The notes under the pieces were generated by a model that saw nothing but the letters and a program-made list of their open reading frames with translations, made no database searches and had not been told where the DNA came from. Both the position numbers and the translations under genes were made by a program. A DNA stretch of 30,272 bases, taken from a virus. Its lineage: Duplodnaviria; Caudoviricetes. Position 1 is the stretch's first letter, and each line of letters begins with the position of its first letter. The stretch covers positions 1-30,272 of the IMG/VR virus record IMGVR_UViG_3300017903_000429. One strand, given 5' to 3'. Below are positions 1 through 7,905 of this stretch, in pieces.

Positions 1-24
1 AACACAATACAGGAAGCTGATTGA
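1..24 (+). CDS. 3' end of an upstream gene (…NTIQEAD*), probably a small tail-associated phage protein
   Basis: Frame 1 reads NTIQEAD-TGA, and the stop overlaps the next ATG (TGATG). Only 7 codons are visible. Confidence 0.35.
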   Translation, partial: NTIQEAD

Positions 25-185
25 TGGTTAAGGCTAGTGATGTGAAAGCACAGATAGATACACATGAAGCAGTGTGTGCTGAGAGATGGAAAGAAACTAT
101 ACTTCGCATCAAACGTATAGAACATATTATGATTGGTACAGCAGGTACTATGATTGTTATGATGGCAGGTTTACTTTTGAGGTGA
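24..185 (+). CDS. small membrane protein with coiled coil and C-terminal TM (XhlA-like lysis-region protein), 53 aa
   Basis: Manually translated: MVKASDVKAQIDTHEAVCAERWKETILRIKRIEHIMIGTAGTMIVMMAGLLLR. The HEAVCAER motif and hydrophobic C-terminus are visible. It is below the ORF-track cutoff. Confidence 0.7.
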   Translation: MVKASDVKAQIDTHEAVCAERWKETILRIKRIEHIMIGTAGTMIVMMAGLLLR

Positions 186-189
186 CATT

Positions 190-660
190 ATGCTTGAAAT
201 GCTAGTGGTTGCCAACTCTGCCTTTGCAATAATCAAACAAACAATAGAAAATGGTAGAGAATTATCTTCAGCTGGAGCTGCAATCGCAAAGTTTGTAGGT
301 GCAGAAGAACAGCTGAAACAAGATTTACATAAGAAAAAGAACAGTATCTGGACTAACTTTCTAGGTAAAACAGATAATGACCTAGAAGAGTTTATGGCTT
401 TAGAGCAAATAAAAGAAAAAGAAGAACAGCTGAAACAGATAATGATCTACCTAGGGCGACCAGGTTTGTACCAGGATTTTGTTCATTACAGAACTGAGGC
501 CAGAAAAGCCAGGCGTGATGCTAGAATAAAAGCCGAGAAACAAAGAGAAAAATTTAAAGAAACTTGTTTAAAAGTTATCCTGGCTATTTTGATTACAGCA
601 ATGTTGTCTGGTGTAGTAACAGTATTGGCGATAATTGCTAAGAAAAAAGGTATAATATGA
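190..660 (+). CDS. hypothetical phage membrane protein (coiled coil, C-terminal TM)
   Basis: 156-aa ORF with GAGGTG SD upstream, a charged helical body and TM segment VILAILITAMLSGVVTVLAII. Confidence 0.75.
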   Translation: MLEMLVVANSAFAIIKQTIENGRELSSAGAAIAKFVGAEEQLKQDLHKKKNSIWTNFLGKTDNDLEEFMALEQIKEKEEQLKQIMIYLGRPGLYQDFVHYRTEARKARRDARIKAEKQREKFKETCLKVILAILITAMLSGVVTVLAIIAKKKGII

Positions 661-857
661 CCGCTTTTATGTTGGCCTGTTATCTATCTGGTAACCTAAG
701 TGCAACGCTGCATTTTAGAAATGTAAATGATTGTTTGTATTATTCTAAGTATTTAAGCGAGCAAACTTATGATGGCCCAGATGGTAAGCAAGTTATTTAC
801 GAATGTATGTGCAAAGTAGTTCCTAGAGTAGATACTCAAAAAGTAAAGGTGTATTGA
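657..857 (+). CDS. small Cys-containing hypothetical protein
   Basis: 66-aa ORF with ATGA overlap to the previous gene and 4 Cys including CxC. Confidence 0.65.
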   Translation: MTAFMLACYLSGNLSATLHFRNVNDCLYYSKYLSEQTYDGPDGKQVIYECMCKVVPRVDTQKVKVY

Positions 858-1171
858 TGGCTCAGAAAAAATTACAAAAAGAATCTATATATGCTGAGTA
901 TGATGAAGATGGTGACGGCATTGTATCTGATGAAGAGCTTAGTCATGTCACTGAAATAAAAAAACTTGAGAATGATTTGAGAAAACAAAGAGCGCAAAGA
1001 CGTATGGCAACCGCAAGCCTCGTTGCTATGGGATTGTTTACTGCTGCAATGTTTGTTGTTGAAATACCTAGAGTAGAAGCTTTAGCAGATATATCAAACC
1101 TATTTTATATTACTGGTGGTGGTATCGTAGCTGCTTACATGGGAGCTTCTGCTTTTATGAATAGGAAATAA
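857..1171 (+). CDS. EF-hand-containing two-TM membrane protein (putative holin/lysis accessory)
   Basis: EF-hand-like loop DEDGDGIVSDEE followed by two hydrophobic helices. ATG at 857 overlaps the previous stop. Confidence 0.65.
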   Translation: MAQKKLQKESIYAEYDEDGDGIVSDEELSHVTEIKKLENDLRKQRAQRRMATASLVAMGLFTAAMFVVEIPRVEALADISNLFYITGGGIVAAYMGASAFMNRK

Positions 1172-1173
1172 TT

Positions 1174-1551
1174 ATGTTACAATTTTTAACACCGCTTGCA
1201 TCCCTGGCATCTAGTTTTATGGAATCTAAAATAGAACAGACAAAAGCAAAGGGAGCTGTAGCCAAAGCAAAAGCTGAAGCAGAAGCTGAGGTAATGAAAA
1301 CCGCTGCTACACATGATAGCAAGTGGGAACTTATCATGGCGCAAAGCACACAAAACTCATACAAAGACGAGATCATAACTGTAATAGTATTGATCCCAGT
1401 TATCCTGGTATTTATTCCAGGCATGGAAGATGTAGTTAAACAAGGCTTTGATAGGTTAAATGAGCTGCCAGATTGGTATCAAAATGTTTTGTATGTAACT
1501 ATACTTGCTGGCCTTGGATTAAAAGGTTTGGACAAATTTAGAAAAAAATAA
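1174..1551 (+). CDS. putative holin (3TM/GTA-holin-like)
   Basis: N-terminal amphipathic helix, coiled coil, SYKDE motif, two TM segments and a basic C-terminus. It lies directly upstream of the endolysin. Confidence 0.7.
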   Translation: MLQFLTPLASLASSFMESKIEQTKAKGAVAKAKAEAEAEVMKTAATHDSKWELIMAQSTQNSYKDEIITVIVLIPVILVFIPGMEDVVKQGFDRLNELPDWYQNVLYVTILAGLGLKGLDKFRKK

Positions 1552-1622
1552 GGCTCTCAGATGCGCCAGGAGAGCCGAAACGACATGGCCGTGTGTGTTT
1601 GTACCTGGGGAATTTACTTAAA

Positions 1623-2075
1623 ATGATGTTATCAGATAACTTTTCGATTCAAGAATTAATTAAAAGCCAGACTGCTGAGCGCAAAAGAATAGACAATACG
1701 CCTGGTGCAGATGAAGTTTATTATCTTAAAATTTTATGTGAAAAGATTTTGCAACCAGTCAGAAATCATTATGGTATTCCATTTACTGTAAGCAGTGGTT
1801 ATCGATGTCCAAAACTTTCTATAGCAATAGGCAGCTCAAGTAAAAGTCAACATTGCAAAGGCCAGGCAGCTGATTTTGAAGTACCAGGAATATCTAACTG
1901 GGATCTTTGTCAATACATAAAAGAGAACCTAGAATACGACCAGCTCATTTTAGAATGTTATACTGGTGGTAATACTGGTTGGGTTCATTGTAGTATAGCT
2001 GATGATCCTAGAGGTGAGCTGCTTACATACGATAGAAGTAATGGTTACAGAAAAGGCTTGATAGATGGTAGCTAA
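1623..2075 (+). CDS. endolysin, peptidase M15A family (Zn D-Ala-D-Ala carboxypeptidase fold)
   Basis: Motifs SSGYRC, SQHCKGQAAD and WVHCS, with N-terminus LSDNFSIQEL. ATG 1623 is preferred over the track's 1593 start. Confidence 0.88.
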   Translation: MMLSDNFSIQELIKSQTAERKRIDNTPGADEVYYLKILCEKILQPVRNHYGIPFTVSSGYRCPKLSIAIGSSSKSQHCKGQAADFEVPGISNWDLCQYIKENLEYDQLILECYTGGNTGWVHCSIADDPRGELLTYDRSNGYRKGLIDGS

Positions 2076-2343
2076 AAAATATCAGAATCCTAAAGGTGGA
2101 TTAAATGCAGCTGGTAGAAAATATTTCAAAAGGACTGAGGGCAGCAATCTAAAAAGACCAGTCAAGTCTGGAACAAATCCAAGGCGTGTATCTTTTGCAG
2201 CAAGGTTTGCTGGCATGAAAGGTCCTATGAAAGATAGCAAGGGTAGGCCAACCAGGAAAGCTCTTGCTTTAAAAGCCTGGGGATTTAGATCAGTTCAATC
2301 AGCCAGGAATTTTGCTAACAAAAACAAAAAGAGGAAAACATAA
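2065..2343 (+). CDS. small basic protein, DUF6321-like
   Basis: GGLNAAGRKYF…NLKRPV…RRVSFAARF…KALALKAWG pattern; K/R-rich. Confidence 0.7.
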   Translation: MVAKKYQNPKGGLNAAGRKYFKRTEGSNLKRPVKSGTNPRRVSFAARFAGMKGPMKDSKGRPTRKALALKAWGFRSVQSARNFANKNKKRKT

Positions 2344-2457
2344 ATGGCATACGGAAAAAAAATGGCAAAGAAACCTATGAAAAAAACCTTAACTAAAAAA
2401 CAAAAAACTCTTCCTATGGCTTTACAAAAAAGAATTATGAAAGCTAAAAAGAAATAA
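2344..2457 (+). CDS. very basic 37-aa protein
   Basis: Manually translated: MAYGKKMAKKPMKKTLTKKQKTLPMALQKRIMKAKKK. It exactly fills the gap between its neighbours, with a GAGG SD upstream. Confidence 0.65.
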   Translation: MAYGKKMAKKPMKKTLTKKQKTLPMALQKRIMKAKKK

Positions 2458-2651
2458 TGAAAAAACCAGGTAAAAGAAAATTTGCACCAGTAGCAAAAAC
2501 AAAAAAGGGCGTGCCTAAAAAATATGTTTCTGGTGCAAAAAATCCCAAAGCCAGGGAAAAAGAAATATTACGAACTGCGAAGCTCTACCGCCAGGGCAAG
2601 CTTACGCCAGCTATGATGAATCGCATTAGTAAAAAAAGGAGCAGATCCTAA
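2457..2651 (+). CDS. small basic protein
   Basis: 64-aa K/R-rich ORF, translationally coupled (TAATG) at both ends. Confidence 0.7.
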   Translation: MKKPGKRKFAPVAKTKKGVPKKYVSGAKNPKAREKEILRTAKLYRQGKLTPAMMNRISKKRSRS

Positions 2652-2902
2652 TGGCACCAACCAAAAAGAAAAAGCCTGGTGGTAAATATTCATCCATACC
2701 AGGCGCATCAAGATTTTCAAAAGCAACCTTAGATAAGGTCTATAAACGTGGCGCAGCTGCATATTTCTCAGCTGGATCCAGACCAAAGACAAGCCAGGCA
2801 GCTTGGGCAATGGGCCGTGTTAGATCTTTTGTTACTGGCAAGGGCGGTGCTAGAAAAGCAGATTCCGACTTACTTGGAAAGAAAAAGAAAAAGAAAGCAT
2901 AG
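2651..2902 (+). CDS. small basic protein, DUF5824-like
   Basis: VYKRGAAAYFSAGSRP…QAAWAMGRVRSF…ADSDL resembles the DUF5824 pattern as I recall it from algal viruses and phages. Confidence 0.65.
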   Translation: MAPTKKKKPGGKYSSIPGASRFSKATLDKVYKRGAAAYFSAGSRPKTSQAAWAMGRVRSFVTGKGGARKADSDLLGKKKKKKA

Positions 2903-2950
2903 ATTGACTTTATACGTCACATTTCTTATATATATAGTATAAGGAGGTAA
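2903..2950 (+). promoter_or_regulatory. sigma70-type promoter and SD of the integrase gene, with ACGTCA motif in the spacer
   Basis: ATTGAC(2903-2908)-N17-TTATAT fits the alphaproteobacterial CTTGAC-N17-CTATAT consensus. SD AAGGAGGTAA is at 2941-2950. Confidence 0.6.
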
Positions 2951-2953
2951 CGT

Positions 2954-4021
2954 ATGAAAAAGAAAATAGAAAACTGGACAATACAAGAATTGCTTGGTGA
3001 TTTCCCATGTCAAGATGCCAGGGAAGATTGGGATATAAGGCTAAAAAATAATTGTTTTTTAAGAACATTTTATTTTAAAGAGTACAAAAATATGAAAAGC
3101 GGCAAGCCGCTCCCAGATTATTTTGATAAGTATAAAAATATTTTTGATACTATCCTGGCAATAAACGTAGGCAGCTGCACTGTTGGCCAGCTCAAACCAA
3201 GTGATCTCACTGTAGAGCATTGTGAATCCTACATTCTCCCAACATTATTTAATAGTGGTAAAAAAGGTAAGCGAAGCTTTAAGACTGTCAAAGAGATGCG
3301 ATCTTGTTTTAATAAGTTTTTATCTTTTTGCAAAAGCAGAAACTGCTTGGCGCAAAATCCTATGCTAGATGCTGAATTTAAAAAGCCAGTGGTTGAGCAG
3401 CAGCCTAAAATTGAAAAACTTTCTACTGAATTTATCCATGAGATTGATAGCCATTTACCAGAATCAATTAAACTAGCTTACAGATTTGCTTGCAGCACTG
3501 GCCTTAGAGCTGGTGAGCAAAGAGCTTTGACCTGGGATGACATTGATTTTAAAATGTCTGAAGTCAATGTAAGACGAAGCGCAAAGCTCAAGGTTGTTGT
3601 TGATAATGAAATTGAAAAGCATGGTATAGGCCTGGTAAAAACAAATACTTCAAATAGAATAGTGCCGATCCCTGGTAAAATTTTAAAACAATTAAAAGAG
3701 CTTTACATAAAAAAGGGCAGACCAGGTAAAACAAACTTTGTGTTTGGTACTAAGTATAATACCATGATAGGAAGAAGTTACTGGCTGGAGCAGCTGCAAA
3801 AGGTAGTAAAGAAAGTAAGTAATAAAACCTTGAGGTGGCACGATCTGAGACACTATTACGCTAGTAAAATGCTTGAGCATTTTGGCGATGATATCTGGAC
3901 TGTTTCAAATCTAATGGGCCATAGCGATATTAAGATAACTCAAAACGTCTATGGCCACTGGATGCAAGACCTGGCTAGAAAGCAAAAGCTTCAACAAAAA
4001 ATTGCCCAGATAAATTTTTAA
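2954..4021 (+). CDS. int: tyrosine recombinase / phage integrase
   Basis: Catalytic motifs TGLRAGE, K in VKTNTS, HDLRH, LMGH and catalytic Y in TQNVYGH. Confidence 0.92.
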   Translation: MKKKIENWTIQELLGDFPCQDAREDWDIRLKNNCFLRTFYFKEYKNMKSGKPLPDYFDKYKNIFDTILAINVGSCTVGQLKPSDLTVEHCESYILPTLFNSGKKGKRSFKTVKEMRSCFNKFLSFCKSRNCLAQNPMLDAEFKKPVVEQQPKIEKLSTEFIHEIDSHLPESIKLAYRFACSTGLRAGEQRALTWDDIDFKMSEVNVRRSAKLKVVVDNEIEKHGIGLVKTNTSNRIVPIPGKILKQLKELYIKKGRPGKTNFVFGTKYNTMIGRSYWLEQLQKVVKKVSNKTLRWHDLRHYYASKMLEHFGDDIWTVSNLMGHSDIKITQNVYGHWMQDLARKQKLQQKIAQINF

Positions 4022-4350
4022 AGATCATCGAATCCGCTTACTGATTCATTTTTAGTTTCGTAACGAAGCTCGTTACAAAATGCTCTGGTCCTAGCAATGT
4101 TCATTTGATTTTCACCTTGCAGCTGCACTGACAATTCCATACCTAAATCTTTAATCTGTTTATGTATATCTTCGATAGCCTTTTGCTGACTTTCAGTAGG
4201 TGGGTGCGGTCTTTTCATTTCATCATCCCAGCCATTATCGAAGTTTAACCAGACACTTATCTTAACCTTTTGTCCAAAGTTATCTTCAGATGCAGATACC
4301 GATCTTTGAAATTTCATATTTGTATTTGAAAATTGTGGTGAGTTTCCCAT
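4018..4350 (-). CDS. hypothetical protein, possible ssDNA-binding protein
   Basis: 110 aa with AGGAG SD and acidic C-terminal tail (SGFDDL). It is the last gene of the recombination operon. The SSB call is inference from context. Confidence 0.5.
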   Translation of the reverse strand: MGNSPQFSNTNMKFQRSVSASEDNFGQKVKISVWLNFDNGWDDEMKRPHPPTESQQKAIEDIHKQIKDLGMELSVQLQGENQMNIARTRAFCNELRYETKNESVSGFDDL

Positions 4351-4358
4351 AGTAGCTC

Positions 4359-4997
4359 CTATTGTTGTAGTGAATTAAGTTTCTTTTCATAATGTTCCTG
4401 GATCTCGCCGTACATCCTGGGAACAACTGTTTTCATATTCTTTAAAACATCTTTGTTTTTATTAAACCAGTGCATACACATACTTTGTGATTTTAGTTCG
4501 TCAATGTTTCTGAGATAATTTTCAGTTATTTTTTGCCATTGATCCTGGTCTTTTTCTTTCTCATCCTCTGGAGAATCTTCTTTAGTTTCTTTTTCAATTT
4601 CATCAATATTTTTTTCATTGTTTTGGGCCTTTTCTATTTCATTTGCACTTGCCATTTCACCGCCATGCAAAGCAGCAGCAGTAGCCAAAGCTCTTCCAAG
4701 GCTGCTTGTCATACAGTTTTCTATTGCTGAGGTTTTGTTGACCAGGGAACTACCTCTAATTTCTTCAGCGTGACCTACGCCAATAGGTATTTCTGGGTTA
4801 TCTCTATCAATGATACTGGTTTTAGTGACAACTCTTTTGCCATCGTCAACTAAAATCTCTTCAACAATTCCATATTTAAAACCAAAGTTTTTTCTAAATA
4901 TCTCCAGGCGTGAAGATACCATACTATATTCTTTACCTTTAAGATTTATTGTTTTTAAATTAAGATCCTCTAAAATTGCTTTCAGCTCACTCATCAT
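4359..4997 (-). CDS. putative ssDNA-annealing recombinase (Rad52/Sak/ERF-like)
   Basis: LKGKEY…HAEE…NKTSAIENCMTSSLGRALA…ASANE N-terminal domain, then an acidic linker and small C-terminal helical domain. It is in the same operon as a nuclease. Confidence 0.6.
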   Translation of the reverse strand: MMSELKAILEDLNLKTINLKGKEYSMVSSRLEIFRKNFGFKYGIVEEILVDDGKRVVTKTSIIDRDNPEIPIGVGHAEEIRGSSLVNKTSAIENCMTSSLGRALATAAALHGGEMASANEIEKAQNNEKNIDEIEKETKEDSPEDEKEKDQDQWQKITENYLRNIDELKSQSMCMHWFNKNKDVLKNMKTVVPRMYGEIQEHYEKKLNSLQQ

Positions 4998-5373
4998 TCA
5001 TCTCCGCAACTTGTTTACCTTTACTTGTTATTAACCAGGACAACTCATAAGATCCCCTTTTGTTTTTTCTCTTATCACCTGGTGTAATTAAACCATACTC
5101 ATATAACTCAGTTAGCCTGGGCCTTACTGAAACAATATATCCATCAATGTCATTAACAATTTCAGATCCAGTTCTGCCACCAGTCCATCCAGCTCTAGCG
5201 ATTGATTTAAGGACCTCCAGGCGCATCTTTTTAATTTTAGGCAAGATAAACTCCAGGGCCAGCTGCTCTGTCTCCCTGGGGTTTTTATGAATGTTTGGAG
5301 CCTGGTTTAGTTCTTCATCATATTTTTTATGTAACATAGCTACTTTCACTTTCTTTTTTGTTTCGTTTTTCAT
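4987..5373 (-). CDS. winged-helix DNA-binding protein
   Basis: TGSEI…SVRPRLTELYEYGLI…KRKN…W pattern typical of phage wHTH proteins. Confidence 0.7.
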   Translation of the reverse strand: MKNETKKKVKVAMLHKKYDEELNQAPNIHKNPRETEQLALEFILPKIKKMRLEVLKSIARAGWTGGRTGSEIVNDIDGYIVSVRPRLTELYEYGLITPGDKRKNKRGSYELSWLITSKGKQVAEMNDE

Positions 5374-5499
5374 TTAAAGAATTTCAATAAAATTTCTATC
5401 AAAGCAAGCTTGGTCAATTAGACAACCAAACCAAAGTGCATAGTAAGCAAATGCACAAACAACGAATAAAAATAATATCTCAAAAAATAATTTTATCAT
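5374..5499 (-). CDS. small membrane protein, 41 aa
   Basis: Manually translated: MIKLFFEILFLFVVCAFAYYALWFGCLIDQACFDRNFIEIL. It has an ATGA overlap with the upstream gene, and its stop abuts the next ATG. Confidence 0.6.
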   Translation of the reverse strand: MIKLFFEILFLFVVCAFAYYALWFGCLIDQACFDRNFIEIL

Positions 5500-6443
5500 A
5501 GTATTCCCCATAATTTTCGAGCTTCTTCAATTATTTCTGGTGGATCAGACCAACATATGTTTGTAAAGTCTGGATCAACAAGCTTAAAAAGATGAGCTTT
5601 GTTTCTAGCTGCTTTTAATATTTCTTCTGTAGTTTTATGACTGCGAATAATGACGTTTACAACGTCTTGTAAGTAGTCATCTTGCAGCTCTGGTGTGTTT
5701 CCCTGGTCAAATATTTTATAGTCTGTAGCGTTAGCATAGACCAGGAAAGGCGGTTGTTTACCATTACACGCCCAGAAACCAGCTACCTGGTATAGAGCTG
5801 ACTGCTCAAAAGGACCAGACAAACTACTTGGCAAGCTGCCAGCAGAAAAACCAGACTTAGTTTTTTTGGATACTCTTGACCACTTTGTTTTGAGATCGCC
5901 ACGTCTATTATAATCTGGTCTGGTATTGTGTGGCAGCTCATTACCATGCAGTTTTTTAATGTATTCTATTTCACCAACAATCTGATTATCCCTGGCCATT
6001 GCTTCTTGCAAACCAGCTGCTGCATTTTTAATTATTGGTTCTAATTCATCTATGTATTTAGATTTTTTATCTGCATCAGCACCATCATCCCAGGTGCGAG
6101 GTTTGTATTTGTTGTATGATTCAATAGCCTGGTCAACTGCTACGCCAGGATCCGCATTATCTATCAGTATGGCATCAGTAGCTTCTTGAACAGTACGGCC
6201 ACCAGCCATTGCAGCATTGTCCTGGCCGTTTAACTTTTGTTCATACTTTAGGATTGTTTTCCAGGCCAAGTCCTTTGTGTCCTGGTCATGCTCAGTGCTT
6301 TTGTATATATCCCAGGCTTCAGATAGAGCTGGCCTTACATGAACTTTATCAAACAAAGCTTTACATCTGAGTTTTGATTTGGGATTTGAGTGCCATAGAT
6401 AATTAAACCTACTGGCAAACTCTGGTGTTTCTTCGAATGTCAA
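5496..6443 (-). CDS. PD-(D/E)XK exonuclease-like protein
   Basis: RPDY…GDLKTKW…YQVAGF motifs; TTG start with strong SD AAAGGAGGTAAA; first gene of the leftward operon. Confidence 0.7.
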   Translation of the reverse strand: MTFEETPEFASRFNYLWHSNPKSKLRCKALFDKVHVRPALSEAWDIYKSTEHDQDTKDLAWKTILKYEQKLNGQDNAAMAGGRTVQEATDAILIDNADPGVAVDQAIESYNKYKPRTWDDGADADKKSKYIDELEPIIKNAAAGLQEAMARDNQIVGEIEYIKKLHGNELPHNTRPDYNRRGDLKTKWSRVSKKTKSGFSAGSLPSSLSGPFEQSALYQVAGFWACNGKQPPFLVYANATDYKIFDQGNTPELQDDYLQDVVNVIIRSHKTTEEILKAARNKAHLFKLVDPDFTNICWSDPPEIIEEARKLWGIL

Positions 6444-6468
6444 AGTTTACCTCCTTTAATTTTTGACA

Positions 6469-6497
6469 ACAGTATCTGTAAACGTCAACCTTGTCAA
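6469..6497 (-). promoter_or_regulatory. leftward early promoter (PL-like)
   Basis: On the minus strand TTGACA(6497-6492)-N17-TACTGT(6474-6469). The spacer contains GTTGACGTTTA. Confidence 0.7.
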
Positions 6498-6511
6498 ATT
6501 TATTTTATTAT

Positions 6512-6541
6512 GTTGACGTTTAAGTACATATTTGATATTTG
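6512..6541 (+). promoter_or_regulatory. rightward promoter (PR-like), probably giving a leaderless or near-leaderless mRNA
   Basis: TTGACG(6513-6518)-N17-TATTTG. The ATG at 6549 has no SD and lies at the expected start site. Confidence 0.5.
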
Positions 6542-6548
6542 TTGCAGC

Positions 6549-6761
6549 ATGACTCTTGAAGAATATAGATTAGAAAATAATTTAAGTTACAAAAAACTGG
6601 CTGAAAAGCTAGGTTTCAAAGAAGCTACAGTGGCCAGGCGCTGGTGTTTACCAAAAAATCACGACCAGGCATTGACACCAAATCCAAAAAATTTAAGCTT
6701 AATTTTAGAAGTAACTATGGGAGCTGTTACACCAAATGACTTCATTATCCGCAGAAATTGA
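6549..6761 (+). CDS. Cro/XRE-like helix-turn-helix regulator
   Basis: MTLEEYRLENNLSYKKLAEKLG…TVARRW…P…T.GAVTPNDF is a classic Cro-like pattern. ATG 6549 is preferred over 6510. Confidence 0.85.
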   Translation: MTLEEYRLENNLSYKKLAEKLGFKEATVARRWCLPKNHDQALTPNPKNLSLILEVTMGAVTPNDFIIRRN

Positions 6762-7125
6762 TTCCGAAGATATCGTACATTTAAGAATTGCTAGATGGTT
6801 AGATATTATGTTACCGCCTGGTTCAGTCTGGCATCATTCACCGAATGAGGGCAATCGTCATGTTGCTTTTAAAGTTAAGCAAAAACGTATGGGAACAAAA
6901 GCTGGCTGGCCAGATATAGAGATATTTGTACCAGGAGATCAGACTTTGTGCGGTGTATCCCTGGCTATTTTTATTGAGGTTAAAGGTGCCAAGGGTAAAG
7001 CGACTGCCAATCAGATAGTTATTAGAGACAAGATTGAAGAGGCTGGCGGCATATGGCAGCTTTGTAGATCTGTTGACCAGGTACAAGAATTTTTAGAGGG
7101 ATTAATTAAACTGAGAGGAAAATAA
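6736..7125 (+). CDS. VRR-NUC domain nuclease (Holliday junction resolvase-like)
   Basis: HSPNEG…GTKAGWPDI…FIEVKGAKG…NQ motifs. Confidence 0.88.
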   Translation: MTSLSAEIDSEDIVHLRIARWLDIMLPPGSVWHHSPNEGNRHVAFKVKQKRMGTKAGWPDIEIFVPGDQTLCGVSLAIFIEVKGAKGKATANQIVIRDKIEEAGGIWQLCRSVDQVQEFLEGLIKLRGK

Positions 7126-7287
7126 ATGGGTAATACAAAAAGATCTGGCGCAAATCCAGTATCACAAATTTGCAAAGAACTGATAAAAAAATCCAGGCCA
7201 CTTTCACAACAAGAGCTTGCAGCTGAGATTGCTGCCTGGAAAGAACAAGAATTAAAAGTAGATCATTTTGATAGGATAATTAAATGA
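7126..7287 (+). CDS. hypothetical protein, 53 aa
   Basis: Manually translated: MGNTKRSGANPVSQICKELIKKSRPLSQQELAAEIAAWKEQELKVDHFDRIIK. It has a GAGG SD, fills the gap and has an ATGA overlap with the next gene. Confidence 0.6.
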   Translation: MGNTKRSGANPVSQICKELIKKSRPLSQQELAAEIAAWKEQELKVDHFDRIIK

Positions 7288-7568
7288 ATCCACACCAGTA
7301 TGCAGAAACTGCTGCACAAATATTAAAAGATAGAGCTGACAAGCTTGGTGATTACCAGGAGCTTTATGAAAATTTAGCAGCCAGGTTAACATTAAGTTTT
7401 GCAAAAAAGTTAAAGCCTGGTGAAAGATTTTATGCAAGTGATGCCGTCAAGTTTCATATTGAAAATAAATTAGCCAGGATGGACTGCGGCGAAGCTAACT
7501 CAGATCACAATTTAGATGGTGGAAATTATTTTTTTATACATGGGGGGTTGACAGATGAATCGAGATAG
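7284..7568 (+). CDS. DUF6378-like protein (all-alpha nucleotide pyrophosphatase-like)
   Basis: DR…LGDY…NLAAR…KLARM…DHNLDGGNY pattern. Confidence 0.55.
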   Translation: MNPHQYAETAAQILKDRADKLGDYQELYENLAARLTLSFAKKLKPGERFYASDAVKFHIENKLARMDCGEANSDHNLDGGNYFFIHGGLTDESR

Positions 7569-7905
7569 CAGTAGAATTTCTGTTAAGCCAGGAGCTAAGC
7601 TTAGTGAAAATCTTAGCACTCAAACTAATTCCTTAAATAAAAAACAAAGATTAGCTAACTTAGCTAAGCTAAATAACTTAGCTAAGATGACTGTGAAAGG
7701 CACGAACAGTGCTTATCAAGCAGCAGTTTCCAGGGGTACAAAGTTTCCAATAGATGAGCTGCAAAGGCGTGTCCTGGGAAAACTCAGAAAAACTTATAGT
7801 GAACAAGCTTACAAAGATTTGGTTATTAACCTGGGATATCTTCCAGCTTTTGAAAGGCTGGACTGGCTAAAGGTAATGGATGATAAGCTTAGACGAAAAA
7901 ACTGA
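7555..7905 (+). CDS. hypothetical protein carrying internal iteron-like repeats
   Basis: 116-aa ORF in the middle operon containing clustered CTTAGCTAAG palindromes. Confidence 0.55.
   Translation: MNRDSSRISVKPGAKLSENLSTQTNSLNKKQRLANLAKLNNLAKMTVKGTNSAYQAAVSRGTKFPIDELQRRVLGKLRKTYSEQAYKDLVINLGYLPAFERLDWLKVMDDKLRRKN
7594..7686. repeat. iteron-like repeat cluster (candidate origin)
   Basis: TAACTTAGCTAAG at 7656-7668 and 7674-7686, TTAGCTAA at 7651, CTAAGCTTAG at 7595-7604 and an A-rich tract at 7626-7650. Confidence 0.5.

Noticed and set aside
1552-1600. Hammerhead ribozyme suggested by a hairpin followed by GAAAC
   Set aside because: The CUGANGA core is absent.
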